NCBI GenBank assembly: GCA_028534125.1 | Contig: CM052817.1 | Location: forward strand, 4,218,001 to 4,282,000 | DNA length: 64,000 nucleotides | Reading direction: 5' to 3' | Source: Lama glama | Lineage: Eukaryota | Shown here: in pieces, positions 40,826-54,065 of the stretch | Numbering within the stretch: the first letter of the stretch is position 1 | How the letters are laid out: each line of letters starts with the position of its first letter | Notes under the pieces: model-generated | Told to the model about the DNA's origin: nothing | Database searches by the model: none | The model's input: only the letters and a program-made list of their open reading frames with translations | Made by a program: the position numbers and the translations under genes

Positions 40826-41849
40826 ATTGGAAGGGCAGTGGAGGGAAACCATCTAGTGTGTGCTTTCTGAGGCCTGTGCTGGCTGCCAAGGAGGACTAAG
40901 GGGCAAGTAGGGTGGAGGTGAGCATGGTGATTATCAGTGAGGAGGTGACTGCCGTAGTCTGGCAGAGGGCTGCTGCTGCCAGCTTGGACCAGGCTGGTCA
41001 CAGAGAGCAGAGACAAGTGGTTAAGGCCTGGAAACAAAGACCTAGCACTGATGGATCGGATGAGGAGCCATGGAAAGAGCCCAGGGCAGGCTGATTTCAC
41101 TATACCTGTTGGGGCACTTGGTGATGCTGGCTCTGATGAGTTCCCCATGCCAGTCCCCTCCCAGTTAGGTGCGTTCCCTTTCTCTGTCATTTTGCTCTTG
41201 CTGCAAGTGCTAAGGCACGGCTGGCAGGGCCCCTCTCTGCAGGGCCACCCTCTGGTGGACCTCTGGACTTGGGGAGCAGCTTGGAGGCATCTGGCGAGTT
41301 AAATGCCACATGACCTTTGTAGACCTGCTCAGCTCAATGGAGTAAGGAGGGGGTTGGGGTTCTGTGCACACCAGGAGCTGCCCCAGCCTCGCTGTGCTGC
41401 ACTTGGATCACAGTGCCCAGGCTCAGTCCTCGGCTTTTCTGGGCAGAGCTGGTGGGACTCAGCAGGGCCTTCTCCCTGGGCCCATCCACTGTTAGCATCC
41501 CTGGCCTACACACCGGGTTGCCTGGCCTATCTCAGCTGGCCCCCCTGCTCCTTCCAGGGACAGGCCCAGCCTCTCCCAGGCTGCCCTGAACACACCTTGG
41601 CCCCACTGTCCACAACCCTCCCTCCTTTACTACCTGTGACCAAACCTCCCTTTATCCACTCACCGACTTTCAGCTTCCCTCCCCCAATAATCTTTAAGGG
41701 GCAGCTGTTGATAGCCCTGCTTCACGGGAAAGGATCAGGGAGCTCTGGGAGGCTGTATTGTCAGGGTTGTTCAGAGAGAATCAGAACCAGTAGGAGAGAG
41801 ATGGGGGGCGGGGCGTGGTTTCCAACACGTTGGTCACATGGTGATGGAG

Positions 41850-42150
41850 GTTGTTGAATCTGAAATCTGCAGGGCCCGCAGGCTGGAAATTCTAGTGAAA
41901 GCTGATCTCTCAGTCCAGAGGCAGAATTCCTTCCTCCTTGCGGGGACCTCAGTCTCTTCTCTTAAGGCCTTCACCTGACTGGGTGAGGCCCACCCACGTT
42001 TATGGAGGGTGACCTACTTTACTCAAGATCTAGTTTCAGTGTTAATAACATCCTTAAAAATACCTTCACAGCAACATCCAGATTGTTGTTTGGCCGAACG
42101 ACCTGGCACCAGGGCCCTGACCAGTCGACATGGAACATTAACCACCTCGA
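41850..42150. mobile_element. ERVL LTR fragment (MLT2-like)
   Basis: gaggcagaattccttcctcct...taaggccttcacctgactgggtgaggcccacccac...aaaataccttcacagcaacatccaga. Confidence 0.6.
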
Positions 42151-43479
42151 GGTTAAGTAATTTGCCAAGGGAAATGCACTCGTCAGCACTGATTCAGAAT
42201 CCGACAAGATCCCATCCTTCTGACTTCAAATCACTGTCAGCATTAACCCAGAAAGTCAGGACAGTGTTGCCTTCTCAGAAGAGGATGCCAGGAGCTTTTA
42301 GTTCTTCCCCGGGGAAATCATGTTAAATATTTGAAGTTCTGGCTTCCTGGCACTCCGTCCCTCAGGAAAGGAGTCCAGTTCCAGCATGCGGGTGAGATGG
42401 GCCGACCCATCACCCAAGGACTGACCACCAGCCCTTGTTTTATTTCTGTGAGTGTTTGATGTCAGGAGACGTTGATCTTACGTCTTTGGCCAGTTTTCTT
42501 TGCTTCTTTCCCCGCTGTTGTAAGTAAGGATTTGTCAGCCCAGGTGACACTGTAAAACTCCTCACCTAGAATTAATTTCACCAGGTTGGTGTGCTGTAGA
42601 TGGTGTGGTCTGTTGCCACTTTCCACAGAAGCAGCTTGTTCGTGAGAAACAGATTTATTTCAGTTCTTCGGAGATTGGTGTCATTTAGAAAATGAATGGA
42701 CTGCAAGGGGCGCCTGTGGAAAGTGTGTAATTGTGTGATATTTTTAATGAAAAGATCGAATAAAGCATTTTGGAGTGTTTGAGGAAACACTCCCTTGGCA
42801 TATTTTACAAATAATGTTTTAAGTTGTTTGCTGATTAGATGAATCCATTCAAGTGGGGTTGGCAGCCTGCATCTGCAGGACACCAGCTCTGGGGCCAGGC
42901 GCCTGGGGGCGAGCCAGGCTCTGCCCCTTGGCAGCCCCTCACCCCAGGCAGGTCACCAGAGCATCTCTGAGTGTCAGAGGCATTGCAGCAAAACAGTACC
43001 TCCCTCCCTGGGGCCAAGAGGTTCAGGTGAAGGATGAACTGGAGCCCCCAACCCGGGCAGGGTAGCCACTCAACAACGATGCACCTCCACTCCTGGTCCT
43101 CTCTGCCTCCACCTGCTCCATCTCCTCTAACTCCGGAGTCCAAGGCATGGGCACTGGAAACGATGATGGTGGTGACCACTATGGTGATGGTGATGATGAT
43201 GATGGTGATAATGGTGATTTAGTTTAGAACTTGTTTTGCTTTGGTGAGAGAGCTGACTTCTACAGGGCATATTTTGCAACTGATAAATCGTCCTTCCTCA
43301 TAAATCTCCAAGTAGGAAGGGATGTCGAAGCCTGACTCTCCTCTTTAACACCTTCAGATGTTTTTCCACTGCTGAGAGATCTCAACAGAATAGTAGGAAA
43401 GAGGCTGGGTGGGGCTGATGGAGGTGGCCCGAGGGGGAATTGGAGTGTGGGGACCCGGGGAGGGTCTCAGGGGCCTGTC

Positions 43480-44300
43480 ACACAGGAAGGGGCATGAGAG
43501 GCGGCAGCGGACATGGCCGGCTCCCCCAGCCCTGACCCTGACCTTGAGCCTGACGGACTCCCTCCCCCGCTCTGGCTGCAGGTGGGTAAGCTGCGCGAGC
43601 GGCTGCAGGAGGCCAAGCTGGAGCGGGAGCAGGAGCAGCGGCGGCACACGGCCTACATCTCGGAGCTCAAGGCCAAGCTGCACGAGGAGAAGACCAAGGA
43701 GCTGCAGGCGCTGCGCGAGGTGCTCATCCGCCAGCACGAGCAGGAGGCGGCGCGCACGGCCAAGATCAAGGAGGGCGAGCTGCAGCGGCTGCAGGCCACG
43801 CTGAACGTGCTGCGCGACGGCGCGGCCGACAAGGTCAAGACAGCGCTGCTGGCCGAGGCGCGCGAAGAGGCGCGCAGGACCTTCGACGGCGAGCGCCTGC
43901 GGCTGCAGCAGGAGATCCTGGAGCTCAAGGCGGCGCGCAAGCAGGCGGAGGAGGCGCTCAGCAACTGCATGCAGGCGGACAAGACCAAGGCCGCCGACCT
44001 GCGCGCCGCCTACCAGGCGCACCAGGACGAGGTGCACCGCATCAAGCGCGAGTGCGAGCGCGACATCCGCAGGCTGGTACGTGCGCGGCACCCCTGCCCG
44101 GTCCCGGCAGGGACCCTGTCCTTCCGCACACGCGCATCGCACCCAGCCCCCCGCACACATGCGCCCAATCCCTCCCGCACGCCTGCATCCTGGCTCTCTG
44201 CTACGCATGCGCCAGTCCTCTCCACCAGCACGTGCTCGGTCCTCCTGGCTTGGAGTAGTAAAAGCCGAGTTTCGGGCACCCACTGTGCTCCGGTCATGGT
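43480..44300. promoter_or_regulatory. Intragenic CpG-rich island over the 495-nt exon and the following intron start
   Basis: Very high CpG density relative to the flanks, by inspection. Confidence 0.65.
43582..44076 (+). CDS. JAKMIP1: JAKMIP1 coding exon 2, VGKLRERLQE...ERDIRRL
   Basis: Acceptor tctggctgcag|, donor CTG|gtacgt; 495 nt; GC3-rich coiled-coil coding sequence within ORF 43513..44481. Confidence 0.96.
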
Positions 44301-45734
44301 TCTAGGCCCTGGGGTTCCAACCAAGTCCCTGCTGTCCTGGGTGAGGAATGGAGTCTTTGACAGGTCTCTCCTGCCTGTGGGAGACACCGAAAGAGATTTA
44401 ACCACTGGAGGCAGAAGCACCAGGTGCCCTTTTGAAGTCCCTGTCCAGCTGTACAGCTCCAGACTGGTCGCCAGGCAGTGACAGGGCATCAGTTCCCGTC
44501 TTAACAATGCAATACCAAGAATGGCAGAAGAGATATGCTGATTTCATATTTCTAATTTATAGAAGAGCTAAGCACATCCCAATGCTGACTTCTCAGAAGC
44601 AGTCCCCCGCCCCTTTTTGGCTTGTGTGTGTAGAGACCCTGCTATCACATGAAAGGAAGAGAAGGCTTTGGAGAAGGTCTCTCCTGGGTGTGAATAGAGG
44701 TTCCCTCACTTGTTAGCTGTGTGACCCCAATCAAGTTGCTTACTGTCTCTGAGCCTCAGGTGCCTCATCTACAAAATGGGGGTAATCACGTATCTCCAGC
44801 GTCACGAGGATTAAGTTAACTAAAGCATCTAAGATCAGCTCATAGTGTCTGTAATGGCAGACCTGGAGAACATGTTCCTGTATTACAGGAAATATACATT
44901 TAAGGTAAATAAAATGAGGGAAAAACAAATATTTGTACAAGAGATTGACTGAGCTTAATTTAAAATGTACCAAGGATTTGGTGTCTGTTTCCATTTCAGT
45001 GCCAAACAGCAGTAGTCCCCGGCCAGGTGTTCTCAGTGCGTGTGGCCCACGTAGGGGAACAGAGTGAAAAGAATAAGCGTCCGTTTGTCCCGTTATCCTC
45101 CCGTTTGATAAACGGCCCTGCTCAGACAGGCCTCTTGGCAGCATGCTCAGAAGGTAGCCTGCATTTCATTTCTTTGTCAGCTGGATTGGATTAGAAATGC
45201 AAGAAGGCTTCCAGGCTTCCGCTCACACATTTAACATGCCTCTTGAAGAAACAGCCAAGAGGAAGAAGCAGTTATGGTCGATGTGGGGTGGTTGGACTCA
45301 TTCCTTAGACCAGTTACAATTAGGTCTGGGAGGACTACCCCCACCCCCATACACAGGGGCTTAAAATCTGGAAGTTATTTCTCTTCCATGTGCAAAGTCT
45401 GGAAAGGGCTCCACAGAGTAGAGCAGGCCACACACACCTCTCAGCTTTCCCTTCAGAGGGGACTCTGGGATGTGGTCCTTGTGGCCCCTCATTCCATGGG
45501 GTGCCAGCCATCACACCTTCATCCCAAGTTGGCAGTAGGAGGGCAGATGAAGGAGGGTGTGGTCTTCATTTTAAAAAATGCTTTTCTTTTTGGAGGTTCT
45601 GAACCCTTCTACTTCCACCTCATTGGCCGGAAGTTACTCGCTCGGCCTCACCCAGCTGCAAGGGGCGCTGGGAACTGCAGTGCTCCTCCTGAGTGCACAG
45701 CGGCCCCTGATACTTCCCGGTGTGGTGCTCTGCT

Positions 45735-46175
45735 GGGTTCCTAGGGCTGCCGCGACAGATCGCCACAAACTCCGTGGCTTAAAACAACAGGAATTTGTTC
45801 TCTCACTGTTCTGGAGTCTGGAAGCCTGAAATCAAGGTGTCAGCAGGGCTGTGCCCCTCTGGAGCCTCCAGGGAAGGCTCCTTTCTTGCCTCTTCCAGCT
45901 TCAAGTGGTTGCCGGGAGTCCTTGGCATCCCTCGGCTTAGCACTGCATCACTCCTGCCTCTGCCTCCATGTGGCCTGCTCCTCCTCACGTTTCTATGTCT
46001 TGTCCCCTTCCTATAAGGACACCAGTTGGTGCATCTAGGGCCCACCCCAATGTGGAATGACCTCATCTTAACTTCCATCTTAGTTACATCTTTGAAGACC
46101 CTATTTCTAATAGGATCACATTCTGCTTTTCCGAGTAGATGTGAAATTTGGGGGGAACACCATTCACCCAACTAC
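45735..46175 (-). mobile_element. MLT1 solo LTR
   Basis: ttcctagggctgcc...gtggcttaaaacaacagg...ttctggagtctggaagcctgaaatcaaggtgtcagcaggg...ataaggacaccagt. Confidence 0.85.
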
Positions 46176-48100
46176 AGGTATCAGGGAGAACAGGGAAACT
46201 GGATCGTGGGGTCGCAGCTTGTTTTCATTCTTTGATTCCCCAAACTTCGCAGTGAAGCGGAGCTCACAAAATTACTCATGAATTGGTGGGTTTGCTGGGA
46301 GCTGGCTAAGCTGAGGTTTTCACTGAGACGAGTGTCCTGATCGATGTGACTGCTGAGAAGGGATTAGATTCTGTGCCTGTGAGGGAGAGCATGGCGAGGG
46401 CTTTGGGGAGGCTGACCTGAGTCTGAATCACGGTTCTGCTGCTGACTAGGCCGTGGGCATATTCACCTCTCTGGGCCTCAGGCTTACCTATAAAATGGGG
46501 TAAATAATGTCTACATGGAGGGTCTTTTGAAGACTAAGAGAGAATGTGTCTCTTACTACGTACGTAGTCCTGAGCTCACACTAGCACGTAAGAAGTGATC
46601 GCCATCATCCCCAACTGTGTATCACCTGTTAGAATTTTATGGGCACTAGTGGTAGAAATTCTGCCTTCAACCGGCTTGAATCGTGAGTCTATCGGCTCTC
46701 ATAACTGAAGTAGCGGGACTACCTTCAGACACAGCTCCGGTGGCACAAATGACATCTCCAGGCCCCAGGTTTCTCAGGCTCTTCTCTGCCCCTGCTGTGT
46801 CATTCTTGGGCTCTGGGCTCTCAGCACGCTGATGGGATGCCACCGCTGTGCTGGGCCCAATATCCTCGCAGGAAACAGCCCAGAGAAAGTGAGAGAAGCT
46901 CTTTCTTAGCTCCTAAGGAGAAATAGGAGGGTCCTAGCAACACCCACTTCAGGCTGTTGGCTCTGATTGGGTATCCATCCCTGAAACAATGACTATTAGG
47001 GGGTGGAGCCATTGGGTGGTATGAGCCAATTAGGGCCTGCCCTGGGAATTTAAAGTGGTTTCAGCCCCACCCCTCTCCTGAACCACATGGTGAGACTGGG
47101 AGTGTGGGAGAAGGGGAGACATATGCAAGGAGGCAATCCAGGAATGTCCAGTACACTCAGGTGATGGGGTTTGGGGAAGCTCCGGAGGCTCGGTGTCAGA
47201 GGTTCAGGTTTCATCAGGGTCCTGAGGTCCTGAGGGCAGGGGGCAGATGGCTAAGAGCCCAGCCTGGGAGTCAGATCAAAGCTGACAAATGGTGAGAGTG
47301 CTTGCCGTGAGCTCCAAGAGCTGACAGGTATCCTCACCCCTGGAACCTCAGGACTCTGGCCAAGGAAGTGTAGCAACCTAGAGAATGTTGGCTCCAAGAC
47401 CTATTCTGCTTTGTGCTTCCGCTCCTGGGCGCCGTCTCCACTAGCGAGACTGCTTTCCAGGAACGTTTCCCATGTGATGAGGTGGAAGCCCTCTGCTCAT
47501 TTAGTGGGATAACTGGGGACTTGGTGCTCCTCTAGGCTGAGAATTTGGATCTCCAGAGGTGTCTTGCTTGTGACGCTGCTGCTTTTTGTGGGAGGAGCTA
47601 GTGCACTGCGGTGGCAGAGGCTGTGCTTCGGGGCTCCAGTGCAAAGCCAGGAGTGTGCAGCCAGGATGCTGAGGGGACAGACTGGAACCCCACCTGTTAA
47701 CTTGGAGCACCCCTAACTGGTACCACTGATTCCTCTCGCTTTGCTTTTTTCTCCTAGCACTAATGCTCTGATCTCCGCCAGTGTTGACTTATTTATTACG
47801 TTTTCAGCTACTTCCCCTCTAGAATGGAAGCTCTGAGGGCAGGGACACTGATCTGTTTCTCTCACCAGTGTTTCACAGCACCCGTTGATGGTGCTCAATT
47901 CAGTCTATTTGTTGAGTTAATGAAAGCATGTATAAGTGGTTTACATTAATGAACTCCTTTCACATAATTCTTATTACTTCTGGATTGAAATCTGCAGTGG
48001 CAACAATGTTTTCCGGATCATTAAGGATTCTTCCCTACAGTGGGAAGATGCTCCCACCCATTCAGAGCGGGTTTAGCCGAAGCAGGGAGCTGTGGTGAAC

Positions 48101-48119
48101 CGCCACCAGGGGGAGCAGT
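48101..48119 (+). promoter_or_regulatory. Candidate CTCF site
   Basis: CGCCACCAGGGGGAGCAG, one mismatch to CCASYAGRKGGCRS. Confidence 0.5.
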
Positions 48120-48431
48120 GGACACGTTCTGCAGCTGCTGAAGGAAGCTCACCCTTGGCGGGAGCTCCAGGACACTATCATGGGGAGGAGGTTGGGGGTG
48201 TAGAGAGAAGGGGAGCATCCTTTTTGATTCCGAAGAAAGGCAACTCAAAGAGCTTGTCAGAATGGTGGGACTTTGTTGAAAACCTCAGTCTGGAGTTTGG
48301 GGGTACCCTTTTCCTCCTTCCATAATCTCAATTATATTTTATCAGTTTTTCATGGTCTGCTGTTTAAATAAGATAGCCTTCTGTTAGCCAGCAGCTAAAG
48401 TTGATTAATGGTGCCAACTAACATTGATTGT

Positions 48432-49395
48432 GTGTATCAGTTTCCTGGGGCTGCCTCGGCAAATGACCATACACTCAGTGGCTTAAAACAACAGAAATTT
48501 ATTCTCTCATAGTTCTGGACACTGGAGGTTCAAAATCAAGATGTTGGTAGGGCCATGCCCCACTGAATACTCAGGGAGGATCCTTCCTTCTCTTCCAGCT
48601 TCTGGGGGCTCCAAGCTTTCCTGGGCTTGTGGACACATCCCTCCCATCTCTGCTTCCTCCTTCTGTGGCCTCTCCTGTGTTCCTCCTCTTCTTCTGACTG
48701 TGTTAAAACATTGAGGATAGGTTAACTGGTTAGAGCCAACTAAGTCGAAGATGGCAGAAGACTTGACTTCCAGGAGACCTTGAGCTTCACTGCAGGCTCA
48801 CTGTAATACATTAGCTGCTAAATGGCCCTCGCACAGCCACCGTGACAGTTCTGAGGCCGGCCATAAAAAGTAAAGAGTGGGCAGTTGCCCAATTCTGGGA
48901 CATCTTCCTTTCCCCAAAATAGCTGAAATAATTCTCCCACTTGTTAGCATATGAAGTCACCAAGTGCATAAAAATGAACAATCCCAAATCCCAGGGCCTC
49001 TCACCTCTCGCCTCTGTGGCCTTCTAAGATGGCCCGCTCTGTGTCTGCTGAGTGTGCACCTCCCTGAATAAGTCTGCCTTCACTCTACTCTGGCTCACTC
49101 TTGAATTTGTTCCCACGGGAAGCCAAGGACCCTCACTTGGCAGGGCACATCCCAGAGGCTTGCCTGAGACCTGGGACGTGACCATCCTCTCTCCTCTCAT
49201 TTTCCTGCAACTTTCTCCCCGGGTATCTGTGTCCCTTCTCCCCTTATAAGGACGCCAGTCGTTAGGCCCAACCTATTCCAGTGTAACCATCATCTTAACT
49301 AATTATATCTGCCAAGACCCAAGTTCTAAATGAGATCAGAGTCTCAGGTTGTAGGAAGGACATGGATTTGGGGGCGGGGGCAGGGCACCCCAGTA
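48432..49395 (-). mobile_element. MLT1 solo LTR split by a nested LTR
   Basis: One half 48432-48700 (ggcttaaaacaacagaaatttattctctcatagttctgg), other half 49213-49395 (cttataaggacgccagtc). Confidence 0.8.
48701..49212 (+). mobile_element. ERV1 solo LTR, MER41-like
   Basis: Starts TGTTA; ctgtaatacattagc..ctaaa, ccgtgacagtt, cccacttgttagcatat, ataaaaatg (TATA-like), aataag, ctcactcttgaatt..gaagccaaggaccct; ends tttcctgcaac. Confidence 0.7.
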
Positions 49396-50332
49396 CAGCA
49401 CCCTTCCTCTGGCAGTTTCCCAGCTATTGGCTTTGCATCCAGAAACAACTGGAGTGGACAGCCAGCTACTAAAGCTTCCTCTTCCATAAGCTTCTTTTGT
49501 TTGGTTTCCTCTAGGGACTGTGGGGGTCTGGGCTGGGGTGCACTGGGGCTCACGCTGAGGCTCGTGAGAGGACCAGGGGCCTTGGAGGCCCCAGCAGAGA
49601 TGTCAGGCAACCAGTGGGTTCTCTGTGGGTGCCTGAGAGATGTGAGGGCCAGGGGAGGAGGCTGGAGTGTCAGCTGCACACGGTGGAGTTAGCGTCGTGG
49701 GTGAGGACGCGGCGGCCTGGGGCAAGGACACAGACTGGGAAGAGGGCCAAGCCTTGGAAACTACGAATTTGAATGGCGACCAGGGTGAGGCAAGTCTGTA
49801 AAGAAGATGGAAACTGAGAAGTCCCGTGGAGGGCAAGAGGGAGTGGGCGACCGGGTCAGATGCTGGTGAGGAGGAGAGAGGATAGAAAGGTGTCCAGTGG
49901 GTTTGAGGGCCAGGAGAGTGCTGGAGACCTTAGCAAGAGCTGTTCGCTGGCAGGGTGAGGAGGTGGCCAGTTAGGAGTGAGAGACAGGAGAATGACCAAC
50001 TCTAAGGAAACTGAGAGCTGCGGGGGTGGGGGGGTGGTGGCTGGAGGGGCCTGGGGGGTCAGGATTTGACTTTATTTCATTAAGGTGGAAGAGACCCAAG
50101 CATAGGTCAGTTTTGATGGTAAGTATCTGGTTGACCATAGAAGTCGTTGGACCCGCAGCTCTGTGCTCCTCTGTTCAGGAGCGGTGATGGGGAGCAGGGC
50201 CTGGGCTGTGCGCTGTGGCCACTCTGTGTCCCGAGGCGCTGAGTTCAGCTGCCCCGGGTCCATGGAGCTGCTGAACCTTTCCCCGGGCCTGAGGCCAGCG
50301 ACGGGGAGCTTCCCCTGGTCAACGAGCCCTGA

Positions 50333-50719
<387 letters not shown>

Positions 50720-51286
50720 TGACCCCTTCCTCCCCACATGTGCTTACATTCACTATGTGCCAGGCCCAGTGCTAGGCACGGGAGTACAGAGGTGAGGGTC
50801 GGGCTACTTTCGCCTCCTGTGGTCTTAGGGCTCAGCTGAAAACAAAGACATGAAGGCAGGAGTGCGGAGTATCGGAGTATCCAGGAGGAGCACAGCCAGG
50901 GGCCCAATCCGGACAGGGCGTGACCTAAAGGCCCCGCCTGTGAGGGGGAGCCAGGCCAGCAGCGGGGTGTCTGGGCCACGCTTGGTACTTAGCAGAGGAG
51001 GCCGAAGCTGCATTCACTCATTCATTTACTAGATGGTTAAGTGTCTGTCTCCAGGAAGGTCCCCAGAGACATGCAGATGTTAGGGAGCCACTGGAGGGTT
51101 TGAGACCTCATCGCCTTTGAGATGAAGCCTTTCCGCCTGTCACTTGACACGGGGGAGCCCCAGCGCGGTGTCCGGTCCCTTTAACGAGGAGCCCACCTTT
51201 GTCCTGAGAGTTTTCCAAGAAGGGTCCATGGAGCGCTTTGATTCAGTTAAGCTTCAAAGTGCACTTACATCTTGATTCTTTTTTAG

Positions 51287-51478
<192 letters not shown>

Positions 51479-52984
51479 TAAACAGGGAGTTCACGCAGAG
51501 GCCTTTCCTCGCCTTTCCTTCTGATTTCTCTCTGATTAAAAACCGAACACACGCTCGTTGAGGAAGCCTGTTGTTTCTGCAGGGATTTATCCCGAGCGAG
51601 CAGTCAGGGACGTTCAGTGAGGGGTCTGAAGAGCTTGTTCATTGCAGTGATGATTAGCAGCAACCGAAACCAGACCAGAACACAGCGGAGCCCCAGTTGT
51701 TCAATACTCGGTATTGGTCACAGTATTGTGGGACATTTCTGCAGTGAGCTGCATGCAGTCGTTAAGAATCATGTTATAGGTCATATTTAATTGCCATAGA
51801 CATTTGTGCACCATAAATTAAATGATAAAAACTGTTTACAGAACAAAAATACGTTGTAATCATCCTGGATACTGGAAGTTTTTTTAGGTGGTGTGATTAT
51901 AGATAATCTTAATTTTTTCTCATCTTTTTACTTTCCTTTGCAAAAAAACTTCTAATTTTAAAAATAACGTGCACTTCCGGTTAAAAAAATAAATAAAACA
52001 AGAATAACAATTTATTGAATATGTTTAAATTTGCTGGATAAACAGCTAAACTAATTTTTATGTAGTGGTAGTCAGTACATAAATTTCTCGACAAATACCT
52101 CATAATGTTTCTCTTTATTCTAAATTTTATTATGAAAGTAAGTATCTATATATTTGAAAACATGGGAGATGAAGTGTTAAGAATGTCACCGCTTCACAAT
52201 TTTAGCAGCATCAGAATAAATTCATTTCCTTCCAGTATTTTCAAAGACATATTTTTATATAGCCTTCATCAGACTGAACGTCTAATATTATGTCTCCACT
52301 TTTCACTTAAATTTTCATGAGCTTAAAAAAAATCCCTTATGGGAGGCAAAATAGTTTACTAAGTGGATTAGAAAAAAATATGGTTTGCTGGAAACAATTC
52401 AGACCTTGTGAAGTGTTTAAAGTGAGAACGGATAAGTTTGCCAGCACTTGGATCTTAAAATCACGAGATAACTACTGTTAGCAGTTTGAGGTGGTTCTTA
52501 CGTGGTTTTAATGCTTCTGCAAACATTTCGACACCCACTGAGGGACTTTCTTTGTCGTTTTGCGGTTACAAGCGGGCTATTTTCCCTACGTATGGTTGTC
52601 CTGCAACCTGCTTTTCCCGCGTGGGTGATCAGCGGCGGCGCTCCCCACCAGTGCCTGAAGACGCCCCTTGGTCTTTTGAACAGCTGCGTCGCGCTCTGCT
52701 GTGTGGACAAACCCTGGTTTATCTACCTGTTCCTCTGCTGCTGAATGGTTAGGCCATTTCAGGTTTCTTTGCCGTTAGAAACAAGGCCACACAGAAGACG
52801 CATTTCTGTCTTTACTCACCTGAACCTTTGTGTCTGTGGGGTGTGCTTCTAGAGGTAGAATGTTCAAGTCCAGGGACATTTTACATTTTCATGGCTGCCA
52901 TCAGTGTTGGATCTTAACTTGCACAGCCTGGTGACCAAAAGCTGGGCTCTGCCGTCAGTCCCTTGTGTTTGACTCTTGGTTCTG

Positions 52985-53565
52985 GCACTTTCTGCTTGAC
53001 CTTGCACACATCACCTCACCTCCTAGTGGTCAGGTTCTTTGTCAATGAAGTGGAAAGGGGATGCGGATGGGCCCCCTCCTCAGGTCGTGGTGAGAGTTAG
53101 ACGAGAGAGGATGCCTGAAAGGGCTTAAGTAACATCGGTTTGGACTCCTGGCGGGTGCCCAATGTGTGCAGCAGTTCTTGGGGTTGTCTAGATACTGATG
53201 AATCTTCAAGTCGTTTCTAATTTTCATCCGTTAAAATAACCCTGCAAAGAGTATCACCCTGCGTTTAGTTCTGAGGCTCAGCAGGGAGCCTGCACTTGGA
53301 AGCCAGGCATCCGCGGCTCTTTTGGGTTTGTGCACCACCCAGGAAATGTGGTCCCAACGGTGGCAGCTCCAGTCTCGGAAGAGGCCAGGCAGGATCTCCA
53401 CTGGCCTCCGCGGTTGACATCAGCCACCCATCGAGTCTTAAAGCCGCCCGCCCTCTGTCTGTCTGAGCACAGCTGAAACGCTCCCGAGAGACGGAGGTCC
53501 AGCTGAAGCCCCTGGTGGAGAAGAACAAGCGAATGAACAAGAAGAATGAGGACCTGCTGCACAGC
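52985..53565 (+). repeat. 581-bp near-identical copy of 54066-54646 including the first 93 nt of coding exon 5 (53473-53565); probable assembly false duplication
   Basis: Both copies start gcactttctgcttgacc; first copy ends exactly at the gap and second begins exactly after it; about 11 substitutions counted by eye. Confidence 0.85.
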
Positions 53566-54065
53566 NNNNNNNNNNNNNNNNNNNNNNNNNNNNNNNNNNN
53601 NNNNNNNNNNNNNNNNNNNNNNNNNNNNNNNNNNNNNNNNNNNNNNNNNNNNNNNNNNNNNNNNNNNNNNNNNNNNNNNNNNNNNNNNNNNNNNNNNNNN
53701 NNNNNNNNNNNNNNNNNNNNNNNNNNNNNNNNNNNNNNNNNNNNNNNNNNNNNNNNNNNNNNNNNNNNNNNNNNNNNNNNNNNNNNNNNNNNNNNNNNNN
53801 NNNNNNNNNNNNNNNNNNNNNNNNNNNNNNNNNNNNNNNNNNNNNNNNNNNNNNNNNNNNNNNNNNNNNNNNNNNNNNNNNNNNNNNNNNNNNNNNNNNN
53901 NNNNNNNNNNNNNNNNNNNNNNNNNNNNNNNNNNNNNNNNNNNNNNNNNNNNNNNNNNNNNNNNNNNNNNNNNNNNNNNNNNNNNNNNNNNNNNNNNNNN
54001 NNNNNNNNNNNNNNNNNNNNNNNNNNNNNNNNNNNNNNNNNNNNNNNNNNNNNNNNNNNNNNNNN
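53566..54065. other. Assembly gap (500 N)
   Basis: Run of N. Confidence 1.

Noticed and set aside
43354..44283. 309-aa minus-strand ORF and other ORFs overlapping the large exon
   Set aside because: Antisense shadow of a GC3-rich coding exon; no recognisable protein features.
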